Positions 24,478-37,409 of a stretch of 64,000 nucleotides of DNA are shown here, piece after piece. This stretch comes from Paramecium tetraurelia (Eukaryota). The notes under the pieces were generated by a model. That model was given only the letters and a program-made list of their open reading frames with translations. It was not told where the DNA came from and searched no databases. The translations under genes were made by a program, and so were the position numbers. The stretch's first letter is position 1; each line of letters begins with the position of its first letter. The stretch is taken from NCBI GenBank assembly GCA_000165425.1, contig CT868318.1, positions 205,643 through 269,642 of the forward strand. The letters are read 5' to 3'.

Positions 24478-26823
24478 TCAAAATGGCTAGGAAAATTATG
24501 AACTATCACATCTAATTCCGTCGGATAGTTTAATTAACAAATCCTTTAACTTTATCTTTGTGATTGGCTTTTCAACACCAAATGATATTCCAGCATCCTT
24601 AAATTATTCAATTATTTCTGATGTTAATTAATGTCCAGAACATGCTATTATTGTAACATTCTTATCCAATTTTCGAATACGATTTGATGCCTCTAAACCA
24701 AGCATAAGGGGCATTTCCAAATCCATAAATATTAGTTAATACGGAATGTTCTCTCTCACTCTTACATTGACTTTCTCTATCGATATTATTCCATTCATAG
24801 CAGAATCTGAGCTTATTCCACATGATTCCAATAAATACTGCAAGGCTAAAATATTAAACTCATTATCATCAACAATTAGAATAGGCGCATGTTGTTAAGT
24901 ACAATCATTCCATTTTTATAATAAGCATTAAATTAAACGATTTTAAATTTATGTTTTATTAGATAGATTCCTTTCTGACTCATTTCTATGTCTCAGAGTT
25001 ACCTAATAGTTCAATGAATTGGTCATAAAGTTAAAAGCTTTAAGATTCTTTTTTGAAATCATTTTTTTGCTGCTTTCTCTCATGGGAATAGCTATTGAAA
25101 CTGTTGGAGATCTCTATTGCGAGATATTTTATAAAATTTTAAAATCTAATGATGATGGTATCTGTTAAGCTAAATGATGAGATATCTGAGAATCTGAAAT
25201 ATCCTCTTGAGCTGACTCTTCATTTTTTATTTCAAAAGAAAACTTAGATCCATTTCCATATTCTGACAAAACCTAAATTCCTGATGAATGACCTGAAGAA
25301 AGTAATTTAGCTAATTCATTGCTAATCATAAGACCCAATCCTATCCCAAATGGATTAGCATTTTAATTTTCTTTATCATTCACTTTAGAGAATTCTTGGA
25401 AGAGTTATTTAAGATTTTCCTTTTTAATCCCCAATCCAGAGTCCTAAACAGAAATAATAATTGAATGAGATTTTTATTCATTTAAAATGCATTCAATCAA
25501 GATCGAACCTTTTGGCTATGTATATTTGACAGCATTGCTCAATAAATTCATGAAAATTTATCTAATACGTAACTTATCTGATGTGATTTTAATTGGCAAC
25601 TTTTGATCATAATTAAATGTAATATTCAGTCCCTTCTTTTCTTTTAATAAATCAAAAAGGGAAATTGTCTTCTCAATTAATTTGGGTAAATTAAATTTAT
25701 GACATACAATTCTAATTGATTTATTTTCAATTTAAGCTGCATCCAAAATATCATTGATTAAATTTAAAAGTAAATGACAAGAATTTAATGATGGCTTTAA
25801 GAACTTTTGGAATAAAGCAGGATCAATTAATTCTTATAAGCACAATTGCATATTAATAATTGCATTCAAAGGGTTTCTCATGTCATGAGATACTTTGTGA
25901 AGGGTTTTAATCATTGTTTAAACTTAAGCCTATGATTATTAAGATTATAGTTTGGTTGATTCAATGTTGTTTATTTTCGGTTTGATAATCAATATAAATT
26001 ATTAGTTTTCAATTTTTAGTTTCTAGATACTAAGATAATAAAGGGAACTATTGGTTGGCTCTAAAATTAATTTTTATTCTAATTTGAGAATTTTCTTTTT
26101 TAATTAATCAATAATATCGCTAATCAATTAGGGGTTTCTTGTTGCAATATTTTCTGAACAGTTAGATTATCTAACAAAATTCTAACTTAAATCTCTTGGT
26201 GTAAATATTCTACTCAAATTCTGTTCAGACATGCCCATAACCTACTCTTTTAAAATCGAATAAAAAAATTTAGATTCATAAATTGGTTTGTATTACATAT
26301 CCAATATGCAAAATTCTTCAGATGATATTTAAGTTAATAGACCTTTCATATTGGTAAATTGTTCACTTTCATTTTTCCTATAAATTTGAAGAATCAAATA
26401 GAAATTCACTATTGTTCTCAAAACCTCAACTGTTATATCGGGAACATCTCCAAAACAAATGCATGTAATACATGTCAAGAAGAAAAATAATGATGTTAAT
26501 TTTGAATGTTATTCATTCAGTTGAATAATCAAAGCAATTTCTATCCCAGTATAAATTTACCATTAAGGCATCACTAAATAGCTTGCTCCAATTACCACTA
26601 TGCCTTTAATCAAACTCAATATTATCAAGATTAAGTTAAATCTCTTTTAACAAATGTATTCTAAACAAAATATAATCAAATGAAAGCCTGCTAAGGCCAA
26701 GCCGATGATTAAAAAGCTATTGTCACCTCTAAAGTATGACTGCATATGAATTATTAAGGCATCTATCATCAAAAAGAACTAGAGAACCCTTCCTTTATTT
26801 AATGCTTTACAAAGGGTAATCAT
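24478..26823 (-). CDS. Membrane hybrid histidine kinase (TM region, HisKA, HATPase_c, receiver domain)
   Basis: H-box VSHDMRNPLNAII, N-box QIFMNLLSNAVKYT, G1 VQDSGLGI, G2 GIGLGLMIS; receiver ILIVDDNEFN, LIFMDLEMPLM, VEKPI. Confidence 0.93.
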
Positions 26824-27355
26824 TATAAATATATATAATTTAATTAGAATTAAGAATAATTATTTGTTATTTGTATTTTAAAGATTAAAATAACTAATAT
26901 TATATTTTTAAATACAATATTTATTTTTTCAACTACATTATTGATATCAGTTGATACAATTAGAAGCATTGTTTTTAAAATAATTTGATATTTTTTTTAT
27001 GGATCTTATTTCCTAAAAAAATATGTTTTAAAAAACATTTATGATGTTTTGATAGAATGGTAAGGATTCTGGTTATATTTTAAAATTAATTTTCAGTTTT
27101 AATTAATAACCCTTTAAAATGGATCAACGATTAAGTGATAAGTGGTTCTATTTTTAGTTTAAACTTATTTTCTAAGCTAACTAATTAATTTAAAATTAAT
27201 TTATTATTAAAAATAGTTTATATTACTCTTATTTTCATCAAATTGCAGAATAATTTAATATTTGATATATATATATTTCAATTGAGTTCCTGAGTTTCCT
27301 CAGTTTTAATTTAAGCAAAAATCTAATATATATTATTTTTAATATATATTATCAA

Positions 27356-28786
27356 TCAATTCTTCTTTGCTTGTCTTTTTATAATAAATCTATTCAATTT
27401 CTAAAAAAATTTTTCTTGGCCATACATTAAATCTGGCTGTGATTTTGCTGGTAAATTCATTATTTACATGAACTTATCAAGTTTACCCACTAAAAAGGCA
27501 TTGATGTATATTTTTAATTTTTTAAAAGCCCAATTAATTTCAGTAATAGTCTTGATATCAGAAAACACATTCACAACAATCAATTATACCTAAATAAATT
27601 GAATAAATACTTCTTAAAATTATTTGATAGTTTCTTCAATTTAATGTAATTAGGTTAATCCACTCTTGAACAATAAGGGAACAGCCAATACCAGGAATTT
27701 AGTGTTTTCGTTTATTTTGAAATTGTTGGATAAAATCTCTTTAAGGTGTACACATTAAATTTGATCGATCTCATATTTATCTTATTATATGCATTTTTCA
27801 AGCATAAATAAAGTTGATTTAAAGCATAATTTGACAACTTTGTATATTTGTTTTTCACTAACTAATTTACCTGCCAAGAAGTTTTATGTGATATAAAGAA
27901 AATCTGGTTTCATATTTTCTTCAGGAAAGAATAACTGCTTAAAAGAGGCATTCGGATTTGAAAAGTCTACTTTGGTTCTATTCCTCATGAATCCATCAAT
28001 TGAATATAACAAGTCTCCAAAGTAAAGGAGAGTATTTAATTTTTCTCTGAGCAATCCATTTTGTTTAGCCATGTTTTTCAAGTGGTTTACTATGAAAGCA
28101 ACTGAGACGTGATTTTATCTGTGTCCAGGGATGATTAAATCAGCTTGACTCATCAAAGGTGAAATGAAGTTTTCAAATGATCTTTTTACAAATTTAGTGT
28201 ATTAGAAGAGCACATTTTCTACGGTTCTTCCTCTTTCTTTGACATCCCTTAAAATACGACGACATAAACGAATATCATCTAGACATAGGATTAGTAAATA
28301 CCATCACAATGTATAAATATTTTATAAGACATTAATTCTCTAATTCTTTCATCATAAAGTGCCATAATGCCCTCAAAAACTATCACTTGAGCAGGCAGCA
28401 CTACTTAGTATTAGTCTAGTCTTTTATGATTCACAAAACAATATATTGGAACTGAAGCTGGTCTTCCTTACAACAATGTAGAGATCACTTCAAAAGCATT
28501 ATCAAAATCCAATGAATCTGGATGATCAAAGTTATATTAAGATATGTCAATAAATTATTTGTCTACGCCTTTATAAAAGGAATCGCAAGAAAGAATAGTC
28601 ATGTCAACATCAGAATCATATTGGATTTCTCTTTTGATGGTTTCGCAAAGCGTGGTTTTTCCAGCTGCAGACCCTCCTGTTACGCCTACAAGAATACGTT
28701 GAGGTTCGTACTCAGAGTACTTCATTTAATATGAACACTACTTTTCTTTAGTTGATTGGTGATTTCAATATTACAGGATCAGTCAT
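27356..28786 (-). CDS. Uridine-cytidine kinase with diverged C-terminal (UPRT-like) extension
   Basis: ILVGVTGGSAAGKTTLCE, DSFYK, FDHPDSLDF, FEGIMALY, DDIRLCRRILRDVKERGRT. Start at 28786 needs a 22-nt intron; alternative ATG at 28725. Confidence 0.88.
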
Positions 28787-29069
28787 GAGTTAAATTTTTA
28801 ATTAAGTTTAATTTTATTTTCTTTAAGAAGGCACTATGAAAGAATATTGTATCGATCCTAAAACCATAAATTATATTTATAAAATTTAAATTTCTCATCT
28901 CGTCAGAGAAGTTGGGGAATATTTCAAATTCATTATTGTTAGATGACTGTAAATAAATTGTGATTATTCTCAACATTAAAGAATAGATAAAACAATAAAT
29001 TTTGCCTTATAGACAATTCAAATTGCCTAAAAATAAGTAAACAAATTCAAGCATAGGTATAAGGGATAT

Positions 29070-29537
29070 CAGAGTGCTAAGAAAATAAAATTTAACTACT
29101 AAAACTATTAACAAAGAATAGCAAATTAAAAAAAACAGTTGTTGTTGATTAAAAAATCTCATAACATTTGATCCAAAGTTTAGCAGAGTAATTTAAATTG
29201 CTGTTCTTCCTCTAAATCTTCTCGATCAAAAATTAGTTGTTTTTAATCAGCATCGTATTTTTTAAGCAAAGATTAATTCTATACCTTAGTAATTTTTGTG
29301 CTTTCAGAAGTATTGTTAAAGAAATTGTTCGTGTTTTTTTAACTTTTATCTCTACCTAAAAATTGATTATTATTTTGGATCCGAAACTTAGTCTTAACTA
29401 TTAAATATTTATTGTACAGATGGAGTAATTGGATTAAAAATTGGTTAACTTTTTTCTCTACTAAATTGTCTAGTAATTGGTGCTTTGGGAAGTGGTTTGC
29501 GAACAAAATTAAATTAGGATTAGGTCGAGGACATCAT
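29070..29537 (-). CDS. Possible short hypothetical gene; structure and end uncertain
   Basis: MMSSTQSQFNFVRKPLPKAPITRQFSREKS...; downstream frame not resolved. Confidence 0.3.
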
Positions 29538-30147
29538 TGATCTTAAATATAATTATATATTAATTATTATCAAAAGGATAATTGAAAAATATTATACTAA
29601 GTATGTAGATGAAAGCATGATTAGAAATGGTTTTTTATCGAGATCACCATCATTAGAACCAAAATTATAATAAACCACAAATAGTTCTTGTATTCTTCAT
29701 TATAAAATCTAAATATTTGATTGGTATTGATTTTTTATTCGATTCAATTTCTGTTATTGATGGTTATGTCCTTTTGAATTAATAATTGTTAGTAAGATAG
29801 GGGTATTCATTGAGTATTTAAAAAAATTAACAACATTTAACTGTATTATTCGAAGTAGTTCTTCTTTTAAAAAAATAGAATGTAGATGTATCCTTATAAA
29901 TTAAAGTTTTAAATATCCTTATACTACATAATAATAATAAAACTTTGAAGTTATAATATTAAATGGGGTATGTAATTTAAATTAAGTCAAAAGATTTATT
30001 AATTGCAATTTTTTTTGTCTTAGTTATTAAGATTCTAAAATTAATTGAGTGGAAATTAAGGATTAGAATTGAAAATATTGCTTTAAAATTATTAAATAAA
30101 ATTTTAATATTTCTCTTAAAATATTGATAATTTAATTATAAACATAT

Positions 30148-32131
30148 ATGAGCTTCGGGTATGAAAATTAGATTTATCGAGTAGAGTGTACTCATAATTT
30201 CAAACATTTGGTTAATCTCAAGAATTGGAAAACATTTTAAAAAACAATAGCATGACTTTGGAAGAATTGTTGGAAAGAGACAATTTCTTATTTGACATTA
30301 AAGCTGGAGCTATGAATGCATTTACTGAGTTGTAATAAAAAGTATTAGTATAAGTGTTTGGAAATAACCTGAGAATTTGGAAAAGATGATTCACTACATT
30401 GTGATTTCAAATGAGTAGATGGATGACAATGAGAAAAGTCGAAAATTTCCTTACATCATAAGTGAAATATTTGCCATAGAAAATACAAGATTGTTTGATT
30501 TATTATTCTTAAGACATCGAAATGAATCCCAATCCTCATTATTAAGCAACGAAAGACTGGTTTTAATTAGAATCTAAATTAGACTACTATTGAAGATGAT
30601 ATTTTACCAGAGTATCAAATGCATCATGAGGATCAATGCAAAGAAGATGAAGATTACAATGGAGGAGGAATATCTGGAATATCTGGAACATCAAGTTAGT
30701 ATATGCGAATATCATAGTCTAGTGCGCATCCTTCAAATCCAAGTCAGGAATGCATCTGAATGAAAATGTTAGGTTGAATATATTAAATTCATTTTTCAAA
30801 TACTTAGAGACTCCAAACATTAACGATACATCTATGGGGTATTATGCTAAGATATTAAAGCCTGTAGCCAGTAAATATGGAGGAGAAGTAATACTACATC
30901 CTACATCTTTTTAGTTTTGGGATCACATCGTTGTTAACAACAACATAATAAGTGATTTACTCCAGCATATCAACCATTATTAAATTGTAGAAATTGTGGT
31001 TAAACTATTAATTTTAGATTACAAGATCAATGATAATATATACATCAACCAAAAATGTTATGTATTCATTCAACATAAGCATAGAAGAATTATAGAAAAC
31101 AGCTTTTGGAAGAGATGATACACCAAATGGACAAGTTTTCCGATAACATTACTGTATAGATTTATCAATATCCCTCATAGATGGTAGCAGACATCACTTA
31201 AATATTTGATTTGCTTTTGGAATAGGGAATTCAGCAAAAGTTATATGAGCCATTAAGAGAATTGTTTGACAATGTATTAAAACCATATTACTTTTTTAAA
31301 ATTGCTGTAACTACAATCAATAAATATAGAAAAAAACTGGAGTGCTCTCTGTTTATAAAGTATTCTCTAAAATCCTATTATTCATTTAAGTCAATTCCCT
31401 ATAAGGTAATCAAATCATCATGTATTTAGACTAGAAAACCTCTGATTTAATATAGATAATCTAATAAATCAATCCACTAATAGTCACTTATTTGTAAGAT
31501 TAAGAAAACTTTGGACTCAAGAACCTATGTCTTGTTTAAGCTCTCGAAATTTGCGATAAGTAACAAAATTCAATATAAAATTAGATTGAACAACCCATTG
31601 TTATTTGAGTCCATGTTTTAAGCACAACTATATTAAAGTTTAATAGAGTATGCCCTTAAGTATCAATGGAACAATTAACTCCAAATCTATGTGACTTCTA
31701 TCATAAAATCGAGAATATAGGATGAGAAATATTGTCAAAGAATTCTTAAGGAGACCGACATCTTGAATCAAATTAAAAAAAATCTAATTGATCAACCTAC
31801 TAATTCAAGTTTTAAATCTAAATGTAGTCATGGGTACAATGGCTTCTTAAAAACAGTTGGCTACAAAATATTATAGAAGCAAACAGCAAGCAAAAAGATT
31901 AATTAACTGCTATAGGAGTGTAATAATTAATATGATTAATTAGAATATGGTCAGATTATAGAAGCTCTTTAAGGGTTATAGTAGCTTGAATAGACGTATT
32001 TGTGTGATGTAGACCCGAAAACACACATGCAAGAAGCTCCTCCAGATATCAGTATTGATAGATAAATTGAAATGCTGATAGATTCCCAAAAAGAAAAAGA
32101 AGATCAACTTACAAAATCGGAATAATAATGA
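30148..32131 (+). CDS. SAPS-domain PP6/Sit4 regulatory subunit-like protein
   Basis: ELENILKNNSMTLEELLERD, KFPYIISEIF, MGYYAKI, YQWNNQLQ, HGYNGFL; several tiny introns restore the frame. Confidence 0.8.
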
Positions 32132-32364
32132 ATCTATGAATTAAAAAAATAAATTCATAAAACTCTAACTAATAATCACAATTATCATAATAAATTGGAT
32201 TGAATATTTAATGAGATGATATAGTGTCGATATCTAAATTGTTTTTATTTAATTAGAATAATTAACATAGATTCAAACTTCTAAGAAGAAAATATATGCA
32301 AAAATGGATTTCTAAATTAGTATTAAAGGCAATCGAATTTAAATATAAATAAATTAATTCAGAT

Positions 32365-34042
32365 ATGTTTTTGAGGAATAGATTTCATTCTCTTCGTAAA
32401 TTGGCTTAATTTTGTACAGTTGAGAGTGTATCAGGAAAGAAAGCCCCTGCAACATCAGCCTAATAAACTAAAGTTGAAAGAAATTTCTAATTACAATTCT
32501 CTAAGTCAGCATTAGTGGATTTTGGAGAATTGCCAACAGGCGAAATTCCTGAAGCCTTAAAATATGACAGACCACAAGGTATGTGTGATTATTATAAATT
32601 AGCTTTAACTCAATTGGAGACTGGCCTTAGAGTAGTGTCTGAATAATACAATTCTCCATTAGCTTCAATTACAGTAGCTGTGAAAGCAGGATCAAGATTT
32701 GAAACTTTGGAAAGCTCAGGCGTTTCAAATTTCATCTCAAAATTAAACTTAAGAGTACGAATACATATTTATATTAGGGAACAACAACAAGATCAAGAGA
32801 ATAAGTTGAAGCAGAAATTGATTACTTGGGAGGAGCATTAAAAGTTAAATAGGGAAGAGAATTATAGACTTACACTCTTACTTTCTTGCCATCAGAATTA
32901 GAGAGAGCAGTCAACTTTTTAGGAGACATTTTGACAAATTCATTATATTCACCAGCCTAAATTGAAGCAGAAAGAGAAGGAATCTATAGAGAATCAGTTA
33001 GCATCAATGATTAATACAGAGTTGTTGCTGAAGCTGCTCATTATACAAATTATAGAGATCATTATTTGGGATAACCAACAGCAGGAATTAGAGATAACAT
33101 TCCAAATGTTACAGAAGAATAAATCAGATAATTCCACAAGGCCAATTTCGTTGCACCAAATGTAATAGTCTCTGCTGCTGGTAATGTGAATCATGAAGAC
33201 TTGGTCTCTGCTGTCAATAAGGCATTCAAAGGATTAGGCACATCAGCACCAACTGAAGTACCAAATTCAGAAAAACCATATGCCACACCATCCATTATGG
33301 TATTAACATTTTATTAATAGTATAGTTAATGAAAGATGACGAATTAACTAATTTGAATGTTGGTGTTTTCTTTGATGCTCCAGGATGGAATCACCCTGAT
33401 GTTTTTGCTCTCCATTATTTCTAAAGACTTATTGGTGATTATAGAGCTGACAAACACACAGGATTCCATTTGAATTCTCCAAGCAGATAATATAACACTA
33501 TGCATTCACTTCTTGGTGGATTACCAGATGTTACATACTAAAGATGCGCTTATTATGCATATTCAGACACTGGTCTTTTTGGAAATTACTTGATTGGTAA
33601 TGAAGTCTTTGCAACATAAATGGCATATATCAGTCAAATGGTTTTATCTGATTATGCTTCATCTGTAGGCTAAGTTGAAGTTTTCAGAGCCAGAGCTAAA
33701 GTGTTTAATGAATTATTGAGTTAAGAAAGTTCAGCCAAATAATCAAGAGAAATTGCTTAATAAGTTTTGTATCTATATTTCAGTAAGATATAGCTATTGG
33801 GGAAGAAGAGTGCCAAGAAGTGAATTCGCTCGAAGAATCTCTGCTCTTGATGCTGGTCATTTGACTAGAGTTGCTACAAGACACTTCTGGGATAAGGTAA
33901 TCATATTGTTATATATTTATAATAGGATATTTCTGTTGTCGTATGGGGACCAACTCACTTGTTAGATGCTGTTGCTCATTATAATAGATCATGGAAGAGA
34001 AGCACTTTAGGTGGATATGCTTAACCATACTATGAGGGTTGA
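32365..34042 (+). CDS. M16-family mitochondrial MPP-beta / cytochrome bc1 core protein, non-catalytic
   Basis: Mitochondrial presequence-like start, LETGLRVVSE, AGSRFE, IEAEREGI, YSDTGLFG. The HxxEH position reads NFISK (32728-32742). Confidence 0.92.
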
Positions 34043-34070
34043 TTCATTAAATAATAAATATAAAGTTTAT

Positions 34071-35759
34071 TCAATTATTTTTAACTCTTGATTTCTCTTT
34101 GTTATTAATTCTGAAGAGTTGTATTGGATTTTTGAATTTACTAGAATTACCAAATGAATTTACTTATCGATTGAGCCTATTTTTAGTATACTAAATTTGT
34201 CATCAAGACAGGGACTCTCGTCCTCATTCATTTAATTTTGACTATTTACTGTAAAATCCATAATTGAGGGAATGTTCACTAATCCTAACTAGCATTCAAC
34301 TATGGATTTGTAGCAATTTGGTTTGACATCCAAACTTAATTTGTGCTTAACTTTCATCTTCTCTTAAGCTGAAGTACTTCTATCAGGTTGTTTGGGAATT
34401 TCAGCTTCATTATGAAATGATCCATATCTTAGATTCCTCTAATATGCGATGAGACAACTCAAATCAGGCTATACATCACTATATTATAAATTGGATTCAT
34501 TGTATGAACTAAGACTTTTGTTTTTAAGATTCATTCTACTATCGCATAAAAGTAGATTATTAGAATTATTATTAACTAAAGATTGTCTTCCATTAGATTC
34601 TCTCCTAGATTATCCAGAGTCATCGTATTCTTCACTTAACTTTTTTTTATTTGGAGTATAGATTTATTGAATCAAATAGGATTAATCCACAATTTTAATG
34701 GACTGCTACTTCTTGGGTGATGCAGATCCTGACTTTTTCTCATAGTTATTTTCATCATACCAATCAAATCGACACTCAATCTGTTATTATATAGAGACTC
34801 TTCTAAACAATTATTAAAAATATCTAAATAATAAATCAATTTAACATTTTACCTATAATCTGGTTTTTCGCGATAACTCATTTTTTTGACTAAATCAATA
34901 AACCTCATAAATTCAGTTGGAATATCTTAACATAATTCTTGGGATGTAATTCTCATTTTCAACAACCCTACCATCTTTACTTTCTCATCCTCATTCTTAT
35001 AACTAATGCTCTACCATGGCAAGCTTCCTTTTAATAAAAATCTCTATATGAATATTTCAAATACATTAGCATATATCCCAAAGATTCTAGATCATCCTTC
35101 CTTGATAATTCCTGGCCTTTGTGAGCTGCTATGCTGGCATATCTGGATGTTCCCAAAAAAGGCTTGTTTTCCTTGAAAGCACTTGTATATTAATTTAGTT
35201 GATATACATATGTTTGTCATCTTTATCTTTGAATTACTTCGCTATGCCATAATCCACAAGGTAAATAAGATTCCGCTCTCTTTCCTTACCAGCCAATATG
35301 TTTTCAGGCTTTATGTCTCTATGAATGACACCCCTTTCTTGAATTCAATAAATACTTGCTATGAATGGCTTCAAGAATAGTCAACATCTAATCAGCAATG
35401 CCCAAAACGCATGCCAAACTAAAGCGCTTCCTTTATCTTAGATAGTGTGTTAAATCTCTTCCTAATATTTGGATTACCATCACATTATGTCCTTTTTCTT
35501 TTCCAGCCCATTTCAATTTTGGAACTTGTGGAGTCCCATGCAAATTTTTTAGTATTTAAATCTAAATATAGAATATTTTTGACTCTACTTCTCTATCCAA
35601 ACTAAATAAATCATCAATTTCCTATTTTTCTACTTTAATTGCGACTTGATCCGAAGTTCTTAAGTCAATCCCTTGATATACAACTCCAAATGAACCTGAA
35701 GAGATCTTCTTCTGAATCACATATTAATTGTTGAAGACATTTTGGGAGGCTGCAGCCAT
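34071..35759 (-). CDS. Casein kinase 1-like Ser/Thr kinase
   Basis: [60 protein letters not shown]. Confidence 0.93.
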
Positions 35760-35876
35760 ATTAAATAAAATATTTATATTGAATGCTTATTTCGATTCTT
35801 TGTAAACTTATTATTCTGAAAGGCTTATTTGTGTTAAATTTTATACTATATTTATCTACTTAGATATAATAAATCA

Positions 35877-36478
35877 TCATCCAGTTAAGGTGAGAATGGC
35901 TTAAACGGTGTCATTATCGGATTTTCTAAGTGCTTCCACAGCTTTACTTCTATCACATTTGCAATGTTCCATAACCATTTTGATTGACTCAGGAGGAATA
36001 CCTTCGTCGCTGACTTATTCTGGGTTTTGTGCCTATTATTATTCGTGTTTTTCTTCGACTTATTTGGTACTACATTTTAGAAATTAAATTATTACACTTG
36101 TTAAGCCAAATTATCAGCTTCCTTCTTTCCAATTTGACTTTGTGGGTCATTTACTTTAGCTTCTCCAAAAACGATGTAGGAATTGTCAACGTTTGCTGAT
36201 TTTAATACTTCTGGGTTGTCAATATAAAGAAGGAATTGTTTTCCTCTTTTAATTGTGACTCTGGTGATTCCAGCAACTGGCTTCATTCCTAATTTGAGCA
36301 TAGCCTTTTTGAATTTCTTCTCTCCTCTGTTGGCCTTCTTGTCTTTATCATCCCCTTAATTATCATGATCGTGACCATCATCTGAATGGTCGTGGTCATG
36401 GTCGTGGTCGTGATCATGATGATGCTCTTAGGTTTACTCCTTTTCTTCTTTTATTTCAATTTCTTTCTCTTCAGCCAT
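35877..36478 (-). CDS. NACA: Nascent polypeptide-associated complex subunit alpha
   Basis: NRGEKKFKKAMLKLGMKPVAGITRVTIKR, YIVFGEAK and a C-terminal UBA-like region; His/Asp-rich N-terminus. Confidence 0.93.
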
Positions 36479-36526
36479 TTAATATTTTTTTTTAATTTAA
36501 ATTTCAATCTTGATTAAATATTTCAA

Positions 36527-37310
36527 ATGAACATGAATTCACAATTAATATTTATTGTATTATTAAAATTCACATTAGTTTTATTGTATTATTCGAATAC
36601 TAAATTGTTGACAAAAGCAAACTCTTACCATTTGCAAACACTCATCCTTTATATAAGAAACCTTTTATAAATCATAATTAAGGAAAGATTATTTGTAACA
36701 GCAATATAGATTCTACTATTACACTAAATCAGTTTGAGAAATTATTAATTGCAAGCAACACATTAAAATATTTAATATATAAAAACAACGATTATATTCT
36801 AATTGTAGGAAGGATAGCAAATATTGAAAAAATAATTATCAGCCTTCTCAACACAATAGAATCTCATAGAAATATTCATTGATGATGTTCCTCATAAAGT
36901 ATGAATAGATGCAATATGCTGGTTTAGTTGAATTAGAAAATTGGGAAAGGAACATATATTGAAATTGGTACATAAATTGAAAAAATAATCAAAAGTGAAT
37001 TTTAACGAAATCTCGCTGTTGTCCAGTTCAGTTGGTGCTTTAACCAATGATATATGCATTCGCATCCAGACATTGGGAATTAAAATTACGTTACTCTTAT
37101 TTGAAATTTTTATACTATCATTCCACTTATTCAAATTGATATCAGTGGAGTTGAAACTTAGAGAGTTTTACCAAGAATTCATAAAAAGTTAATGAGGAAT
37201 GGTTAAATGACAAATCTAGATTAGCTATTGATGAATTAAAGAATAATTTGACCATTAGCTAGAGAAGCTTAAGGCAACTTCACTGATTTATATTGGCCAG
37301 ATGAAATTTA
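36527..37310 (+). pseudogene. Probable decayed gene of unknown family
   Basis: Coding-like stretches broken by in-frame TGAs and frame changes not rescued by obvious introns. Confidence 0.3.
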
Positions 37311-37409
37311 ATAAGCAGTTAAAGGCTAAGTAATTTTAAGAGTCAGCACATTTCTATTATTATGAAAATATTAATTATCCATAAAATTTTATATAAATAA
37401 CGTTTTATC

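Noticed and set aside
24478..26823. Bacterial contamination suggested by the histidine kinase
   Set aside because: It uses TAA/TAG as Gln and matches the composition of neighbouring ciliate genes.
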